A program made the translations under genes and the position numbers. This document shows positions 57,942 to 64,000 of a stretch of DNA of 64,000 nucleotides, in pieces. Location of the stretch: assembly GCF_013315695.1 (NCBI RefSeq), contig NZ_CP054353.1; one strand, written 5' to 3'. The stretch is from Escherichia coli (lineage in GTDB: Bacteria > Pseudomonadota > Gammaproteobacteria > Enterobacterales > Enterobacteriaceae). The first letter of the stretch is position 1, and every line of letters begins with the position of its first letter. The notes below the pieces were generated by a model. It made no database searches. It was given only the letters and a program-made list of their open reading frames with translations, and was not told the origin of the DNA.

Positions 57942-58075
57942 ATATACTGCTTCTTCGTTTATCGTTGGGGTTTTACGGCTTTGCCGTTTAATATAGTGTG
58001 CTATTGTAGCTGGTCTTAACCGGGAGCAGGAACAGAGAATCTCCCGTATTACATTTTGAGGAAAGTCAAAACGTC

Positions 58076-58813
58076 ATGACGCGCATGAAATATCTGGTGG
58101 CAGCCGCCACACTAAGCCTGTTTTTGGCGGGTTGCTCGGGGTCAAAGGAAGAAGTACCTGATAATCCGCCAAATGAAATTTACGCGACTGCACAACAAAA
58201 GCTGCAGGACGGTAACTGGAGACAGGCAATAACGCAACTGGAAGCGTTAGATAATCGCTATCCGTTTGGTCCGTATTCGCAGCAGGTGCAGCTGGATCTC
58301 ATCTACGCCTACTATAAAAACGCCGATTTGCCGTTAGCACAGGCTGCCATCGATCGTTTTATTCGCCTTAACCCGACCCATCCGAATATCGATTATGTCA
58401 TGTACATGCGTGGCCTGACCAATATGGCGCTGGATGACAGTGCGCTGCAAGGGTTCTTTGGCGTTGACCGTAGCGATCGCGATCCTCAACATGCACGAGC
58501 TGCGTTTAGTGACTTTTCCAAACTGGTGCGCGGCTATCCGAACAGTCAGTACACCACCGATGCCACCAAACGTCTGGTATTCCTGAAAGATCGTCTGGCG
58601 AAATATGAATACTCCGTTGCCGAGTACTATACAGAACGTGGTGCATGGGTTGCCGTCGTTAACCGCGTAGAAGGCATGTTGCGCGACTACCCGGATACCC
58701 AGGCTACGCGTGATGCGCTGCCGCTGATGGAAAATGCATACCGTCAGATGCAGATGAATGCGCAAGCTGAAAAAGTAGCGAAAATCATCGCTGCAAACAG
58801 CAGCAATACATAA
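58076..58813 (+). CDS. bamD: outer membrane protein assembly factor BamD
   Basis: 245-aa lipoprotein (LFLAGCSG) with TPR-like repeats; divergent from rluD. Confidence 0.95.
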
Positions 58814-58850
58814 CAAAAACCTGAAACACAAAACGGCAGCCCTTGAGCTG

Positions 58851-60276
58851 TAATGCCGATCAGTTAAGGATCAGTTGACCGATCCAGTGGCTGTGTAAGA
58901 ATCCGGAAACGCTCACTTGTTTCCGGATTTTTTTATGCACATTGGACAGGCTCTTGATCTGGTATCCCGTTACGATTCTCTGCGTAACCCACTGACTTCT
59001 CTGGGGGATTACCTCGACCCCGAACTCATCTCTCGTTGCCTTGCCGAATCAGGTACTGTAACGCTACGCAAGCGCCGTCTTCCCCTCGAAATGATGGTCT
59101 GGTGTATTGTTGGCATGGCGCTTGAGCGTAAAGAACCTCTTCACCAGATTGTGAATCGCCTGGACATCATGCTGCCGGGCAATCGCCCCTTCGTTGCCCC
59201 CAGTGCCGTTATTCAGGCCCGCCAGCGCCTGGGAAGTGAGGCTGTCCGCCGCGTGTTCACGAAAACAGCGCAGCTCTGGCATAACGCCACGCCGCATCCG
59301 CACTGGTGCGGCCTGACCCTGCTGGCCATCGATGGTGTGTTCTGGCGCACACCGGATACACCAGAGAACGATGCAGCCTTCCCCCGCCAGACACATGCCG
59401 GGAACCCGGCGCTCTACCCGCAGGTCAAAATGGTCTGCCAGATGGAACTGACCAGCCATCTGCTGACGGCTGCAGCCTTCGGCACGATGAAGAACAGCGA
59501 AAATGAGCTTGCTGAGCAACTTATAGAACAAACCGGCGATAACACTCTGACGTTAATGGATAAAGGTTATTACTCACTGGGACTGTTAAATGCCTGGAGC
59601 CTGGCGGGAGAACACCGCCACTGGATGATACCTCTCAGAAAGGGAGCGCAATATGAAGAGATCAGAAAACTGGGTAAAGGCGATCATCTGGTGAAGCTGA
59701 AAACCAGCCCGCAGGCACGAAAAAAGTGGCCGGGACTGGGAAATGAAGTGACAGCCCGCCTGCTGACCGTGACGCGCAAAGGAAAAGTCTGCCATCTGCT
59801 GACGTCGATGACGGACGCCATGCGCTTCCCCGGAGGAGAAATGGCGGATCTGTACAGTCATCGCTGGGAAATCGAACTGGGATACAGGGAGATAAAACAG
59901 ACGATGCAACTGAGCAGGCTGACGCTGAGAAGTAAAAAACCGGAGCTTGTGGAGCAAGAGCTGTGGGGTGTCTTACTGGCTTATAATCTGGTGAGATATC
60001 AGATGATTAAAATGGCGGAACATCTGAAAGGTTACTGGCCGAATCAACTGAGTTTCTCAGAATCATGCGGAATGGTGATGAGAATGCTGATGACATTGCA
60101 GGGCGCTTCACCGGGACGTATACCGGAGCTGATGCGCGATCTTGCAAGTATGGGACAACTTGTGAAATTACCGACAAGAAGGGAAAGGGCCTTCCCGAGA
60201 GTGGTAAAGGAGAGGCCCTGGAAATACCCCACAGCCCCGAAAAAGAGCCAGTCAGTTGCTTAACTGACTGGCATTA
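58851..60276 (+). mobile_element. insertion sequence IS4 (complete, 1426 bp)
   Basis: 18-bp terminal inverted repeats TAATGCCGATCAGTTAAG (58851..58868) and CTTAACTGACTGGCATTA (60259..60276), 16/18 complementary; length 1426 bp; encodes the IS4 transposase. The 11-13 bp flanks do not match (CCCTTGAGCTG vs CAGCCTTCGGG), so there is no target-site duplication. Confidence 0.95.
58938..60263 (+). CDS. insG: IS4 transposase (DDE family)
   Basis: Translation [35 protein letters not shown]...[17 protein letters not shown] matches the IS4 transposase as I recall it; the track ORF starts 7 codons earlier (58917). Confidence 0.9.
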   Translation, partial: HIGQALDLVSRYDSLRNPLTSLGDYLDPELISRCLAESGTVTLRKRRLPLEMMVWCIVGMALERKEPLHQIVNRLDIMLPGNRPFVAPSAVIQARQRLGSEAVRRVFTKTAQLWHNATPHPHWCGLTLLAIDGVFWRTPDTPENDAAFPRQTHAGNPALYPQVKMVCQMELTSHLLTAAAFGTMKNSENELAEQLIEQTGDNTLTLMDKGYYSLGLLNAWSLAGEHRHWMIPLRKGAQYEEIRKLGKGDHLVKLKTSPQARKKWPGLGNEVTARLLTVTRKGKVCHLLTSMTDAMRFPGGEMADLYSHRWEIELGYREIKQTMQLSRLTLRSKKPELVEQELWGVLLAYNLVRYQMIKMAEHLKGYWPNQLSFSESCGMVMRMLMTLQGASPGRIPELMRDLASMGQLVKLPTRRERAFPRVVKERPWKYPTAPKKSQSVA

Positions 60277-60308
60277 CAGCCTTCGGGCTGGCATTTTTTA
60301 TGGTTGAG

Positions 60309-61181
60309 TTACCAGCGACCGGACGCGCCGCCACCGCCAGAAGAACCGCCCCCGCCGCTAAATCCGCCGCCACTTGAGCCGCCACCGGAACCGCTGTTGT
60401 CTGAATGATAACTTCTACCAGATGCTTTTTTCTGAAGTACACATAAACAGGTAAAGACCATAATGGTGGTGAAAGTAAAAAAGAAGAAAAATACAGCAAT
60501 GGAAAAAGTTTTATCGGAGAACAGGAATAAATCTAAAAGATAGATTGCTGAAATACAGACACTGCTTTTACATGCGCGACAAAAATTACTGCCTTGATGA
60601 AAAAACCAGAAAGGGAAGAACATCACTGCAAATACCCAAAAAATAGCAAAGTAATAATGATCACTGGAAGACGCTGATTCAATTTCTGAAGGATTAGCCG
60701 GATATTGGTGTTGTGAAGTGAGTTGGTTATTCAAAGCGTTTATAGCTAGCTCTAATCCCTGAGCTAATTTTTGTTGTTTAAATGCGGGTATCATGTTGCT
60801 ACGGATGATATCTCCAGCCAGAGCATCGGTTACCTTTTCTTCCAGCCCATAACCTACCTGGATGCGGACAGTGCGATCCGACCAGGCAACAATGATCAGT
60901 ATCCCATCATTGCGTTTGGCATCTCCTAAACGCCAATTGTTAAAAACCCTTGTAGCATATTGTTCAATTGTCTCGTCTTTGGTTGTGGGAATAATTAATA
61001 CAGCAATTTGTACTTGGGTATTATTGAAAATAGATTCTAACTTCCGCGTCAGTTCTTTCTTTTCTTGTGAGTTTAAGCTACTCGTAAGATCCGTAACTTG
61101 TTGCTGTAATTGTGGGACAATAGTTGGTTGGGCTGCAACAAAGGAACACACGAATGTGAATATTAGTATGAAATAGCGCAT
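60309..61181 (-). CDS. ygcG: TPM-domain membrane protein
   Basis: 290 aa from [19 protein letters not shown] (signal peptide), TPM domain, TM segment and a Gly/Ser-rich low-complexity C-terminal tail. Confidence 0.85.
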   Translation of the reverse strand: MRYFILIFTFVCSFVAAQPTIVPQLQQQVTDLTSSLNSQEKKELTRKLESIFNNTQVQIAVLIIPTTKDETIEQYATRVFNNWRLGDAKRNDGILIIVAWSDRTVRIQVGYGLEEKVTDALAGDIIRSNMIPAFKQQKLAQGLELAINALNNQLTSQHQYPANPSEIESASSSDHYYFAIFWVFAVMFFPFWFFHQGSNFCRACKSSVCISAIYLLDLFLFSDKTFSIAVFFFFFTFTTIMVFTCLCVLQKKASGRSYHSDNSGSGGGSSGGGFSGGGGSSGGGGASGRW

Positions 61182-61474
61182 TATAAATGTCCCATTAAAG
61201 CTGGATAAATAAATTGACGGCGGCATCGGTAATTTGAGATTCGTTATAATTAAAAACGAACACAGAAAAAATAAGTATAATTTCGGTGAATGTTTTTGAC
61301 ATGATTAAATCCCTTTACTTTATTTATTTCTGACATAATACGTTACTTCCTTTTATTATTAACGATCTGTTTCTCATTTTTCTTTAAACCTGCCTGTAAC
61401 AGAATGTTAATAAGACATGATTGTTGTGGCAGGATCTGCAATAATTAACAATTATCCACTTCACAGAGAATGCT

Positions 61475-62146
61475 ATGCAGTACCCGATTAACGAGATGTT
61501 CCAGACCCTGCAAGGTGAGGGTTACTTTACCGGCGTCCCCGCCATTTTTATTCGTTTACAGGGATGTCCGGTCGGCTGTGCCTGGTGCGACACCAAACAC
61601 ACCTGGGAAAAGCTTGAGGATCGGGAAGTCTCCCTTTTCAGCATTCTGGCGAAGACCAAAGAGAGTGATAAGTGGGGGGCGGCGAGCAGTGAAGATTTGC
61701 TGGCTGTCATTGGTCGTCAGGGATACACCGCGCGGCATGTGGTGATTACGGGTGGTGAGCCTTGCATTCATGATTTGCTGCCACTGACTGACCTGCTCGA
61801 AAAGAACGGTTTTAGCTGCCAGATAGAAACCAGCGGCACTCACGAAGTACGTTGCACACCGAATACCTGGGTTACTGTTTCGCCAAAACTGAACATGCGC
61901 GGCGGCTATGAAGTGTTGTCACAGGCACTGGAGCGCGCTAACGAAATTAAACATCCTGTTGGGCGTGTTCGTGACATCGAAGCGCTGGATGAGCTATTAG
62001 CAACGCTGACCGATGATAAACCACGAGTCATTGCACTGCAGCCGATTAGCCAAAAGGATGATGCCACTCGTTTGTGCATTGAAACCTGCATTGCGCGTAA
62101 CTGGCGTTTGTCGATGCAAACACATAAATATCTAAATATTGCCTGA
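61475..62146 (+). CDS. queE: 7-carboxy-7-deazaguanine synthase (radical SAM)
   Basis: 223 aa with radical-SAM cysteine motif (CPVGCAWCDTKHTW); divergent from ygcG. Confidence 0.95.
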   Translation: MQYPINEMFQTLQGEGYFTGVPAIFIRLQGCPVGCAWCDTKHTWEKLEDREVSLFSILAKTKESDKWGAASSEDLLAVIGRQGYTARHVVITGGEPCIHDLLPLTDLLEKNGFSCQIETSGTHEVRCTPNTWVTVSPKLNMRGGYEVLSQALERANEIKHPVGRVRDIEALDELLATLTDDKPRVIALQPISQKDDATRLCIETCIARNWRLSMQTHKYLNIA

Positions 62147-62485
62147 TTAAACATTTATAAGCGTTATAAATGGGTGGAACCTGTAAAGACTTCTACTCAT
62201 TTATATTGTTTGTCGCCTCTGAAAACTCATCCATCTTGCCCATCCTGAACTAATCATTATCATTCTCTACAAATTCTGTGGCGTTAATTTTTCGCTGGAG
62301 TGAAAATTATTGCGGTAAAGTTTGGTAGATTTTAGTTTGTATAGAGTTATTTTAAATATTTACCTTTTTAATCAATGGATTAAGTGCTCTTTAACATAAT
62401 GGATGTGTTGTTTGTGTGATACTGTAAAGTTGGTAGATTGTGACTGGCTTAAAAAATCATTAATTAATAATAGGTTATGTTTAGA
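62147..62485 (+). promoter_or_regulatory. CRISPR leader (AT-rich) of the main array
   Basis: AT-rich non-coding stretch directly upstream of the first repeat, in the orientation where repeats read GTGTTCCCCGCGCCAGCGGGGATAAACCG; the crRNA promoter is expected inside it. Confidence 0.5.
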
Positions 62486-63307
62486 GTGTTCCCCGCGCCA
62501 GCGGGGATAAACCAAATACAGGACCAATATTTTGATATATATAATCGTGTTCCCCGCGCCAGCGGGGATAAACCGGTGATTCTGGCAATACTGGCACTTC
62601 CGTTTTGGTGTTCCCCGCGCCAGCGGGGATAAACCGGGCGGTTAACTGGTCCTGTGCGGATATGCGCTGTGTTCCCCGCGCCAGCGGGGATAAACCGATG
62701 TGGAAAGGCGAGCTGAGGGTGGCCTACGCGTGTTCCCCGCGCCAGCGGGGATAAACCGGCTGAGGAAATTGCTAAACCCTCGCAGGATCCGTGTTCCCCG
62801 CGCCAGCGGGGATAAACCGTTGCCGGTACAGCTCCAGCATTAATCCCCACCGTGTTCCCCGCGCCAGCGGGGATAAACCGTTGCGACGTGGTGCGCGCTC
62901 GAGCACAACGTTGTGTTCCCCGCGCCAGCGGGGATAAACCGATGTAAACCCCTCGCGCATCGAGTCAAATGTCGTGTTCCCCGCGCCAGCGGGGATAAAC
63001 CGCCACCTCAGCCTGCGCGCCCGCTGAATATTCCGTGTTCCCCGCTCCAGCGGGGATAAACCGGGACGCGTTCCATCAGGGCGGGTCCAGGGAATGTGTT
63101 CCCCGCGCCAGCGGGGATAAACCGCAGGCGGCGCAGTGGCGCATGAATCCGTTCGCGTGTTCCCCGCGCCAGCGGGGATAAACCGGAGTTTGTGAATTTA
63201 ACAGAATTCCGCGCCCGGTGTTCCCCGCGCCAGCGGGGATAAACCAGCCAATTGCCATATATGCCATCGCCAGCAGCCGTGTTCCCCGCGCCAGCGGGGA
63301 TAAACCA
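62486..63307 (+). CRISPR. CRISPR array with type I-E repeats: 14 repeats, 13 spacers of 32 bp
   Basis: 29-bp repeat GTGTTCCCCGCGCCAGCGGGGATAAACCG at a perfect 61-bp period starting 62486, 62547, 62608 ... 63279. Variants: repeat 10 has CGCTCCAG; repeats 1, 13 and 14 end in A. Spacer 1 is AATACAGGACCAATATTTTGATATATATAATC, spacer 2 is GTGATTCTGGCAATACTGGCACTTCCGTTTTG. No cas genes in the window. Confidence 0.95.
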
Positions 63308-63775
63308 CCATATAACCCGTTATCTCTTTCTCAAGTTTTTATATTAGCTGTACTTGTAATAAGCAACATATCCACATAACACCTCATGTTCAAAATAGTT
63401 CCCCATGCCAGATAAGTTCACAATTATCGATACAAAAAATCAAATTTAATCAAAGTGTTATTTGTATAATCCTTAAACCGTTAAGAAATTTTAATATATT
63501 ATTTTTTTAATATTAATTAATGCCTGTTAATTTTTTCTTTAGAATAACAGTGTATTTTTTAAGCTTGTTATTCATTGATTAAGTAATAAATCTGGAAGTT
63601 TGTCTTTGTTTTGAGGCTAATGAGTGGTTTTACATAACCGCCTCTATACGCTGTTGATGAATAGTTCTTATGAATAAAGATATCCAGTTCATACTTTAAG
63701 TGAAAATTGATAAAGTGCGATTCGTATTGTCTTTTATTCTAAAGACATCGAGTGTAGTTAATATTCCTTGTAAAA

Positions 63776-63897
63776 ACAGGGATAAACCGAACTAGTTAAA
63801 GTTTTTATTATGTTCCCTGCATCAGCGGGGATAAACCGGACTTGTTATCATTTTTTAAGTTGTCGAACTTATGTTCCCCGCGTCAGCGGGGATAACC
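63776..63897 (+). CRISPR. vestigial second CRISPR array (two degenerate repeats plus one truncated repeat)
   Basis: Truncated repeat (..CAGGGATAAACCG, 63776..63789), a 20-bp spacer, ATGTTCCCTGCATCAGCGGGGATAAACCG (63810..63838), a 32-bp spacer, then ATGTTCCCCGCGTCAGCGGGGATAACC (63871..63897); preceded by its own AT-rich leader-like region (63308..63775). Confidence 0.6.
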
Positions 63898-64000
63898 ATT
63901 CAGGTATGTTCAGGCCGGGCAGTTTCCCGCCCGGCCTTCCTCACTTACGCATTCGACCAGCTCTGGATCGAATCCGCATTCCCCAATTCCCCATGCATCA

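Noticed and set aside
58851-60276. IS4 as a simple recent insertion with a target-site duplication
   Set aside because: The 11-13 bp flanks on the two sides do not match, so a rearrangement junction is the better reading.
62464-63267. Minus-strand ORFs with a repeating ...YPRWRGEH... peptide (62464..62850, 62772..62960, 63076..63267)
   Set aside because: They are translations across the CRISPR repeats; the periodic peptide motif is the repeat itself, not a protein.
63905-63935. Inverted repeat GGCCGGGC..GCCCGGCC near the window end as a terminator or element boundary
   Set aside because: There is no adjacent T-run on either strand and the flanking gene is cut off by the window end, so it cannot be interpreted.
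62147-64000. cas genes or another defence operon adjacent to the CRISPR arrays
   Set aside because: No ORF with cas-like features exists between queE and the window end; the region is leader, repeats, spacers and AT-rich non-coding sequence only.

Overview
Enterobacterial (Escherichia coli-like) chromosomal window, almost entirely conserved core genome. Reading left to right: yphE (5' end only), yphF, yphG, yphH, glyA, hmp, glnB, glrR, qseG, glrK, the sRNA glmY, purL, mltF, tadA, pgpC, yfhH, yfhL, the shoB toxin, acpS, pdxJ, recO, era, rnc, lepB, lepA, rseC, rseB, rseA, rpoE, nadB, yfiC, srmB, yfiE, eamB, grcA, ung, yfiF, trxC, yfiP, patZ, pssA, yfiM, kgtP, a complete minus-strand rRNA operon (16S, tRNA-Glu, 23S, 5S), clpB, yfiH, rluD and bamD. 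A complete 1426-bp IS4 sits directly after bamD with no target-site duplication, and beyond it lie ygcG, queE and two cas-less type I-E CRISPR arrays (14 repeats/13 spacers, plus a vestigial mini-array). Gene names are recognised from the translated ORFs and RNA sequences by memory; no database search was run. I found no multi-gene cassette resembling a new defence or other system: every large ORF is accounted for by a conserved gene. The items worth a second look are the IS4 synteny junction, the orphan CRISPR arrays, and two unannotated small-ORF candidates (a 65-aa hydrophobic ORF in an AT-rich stretch between yphH and glyA, and a 20-codon ORF with a strong Shine-Dalgarno between kgtP and the rRNA terminator).
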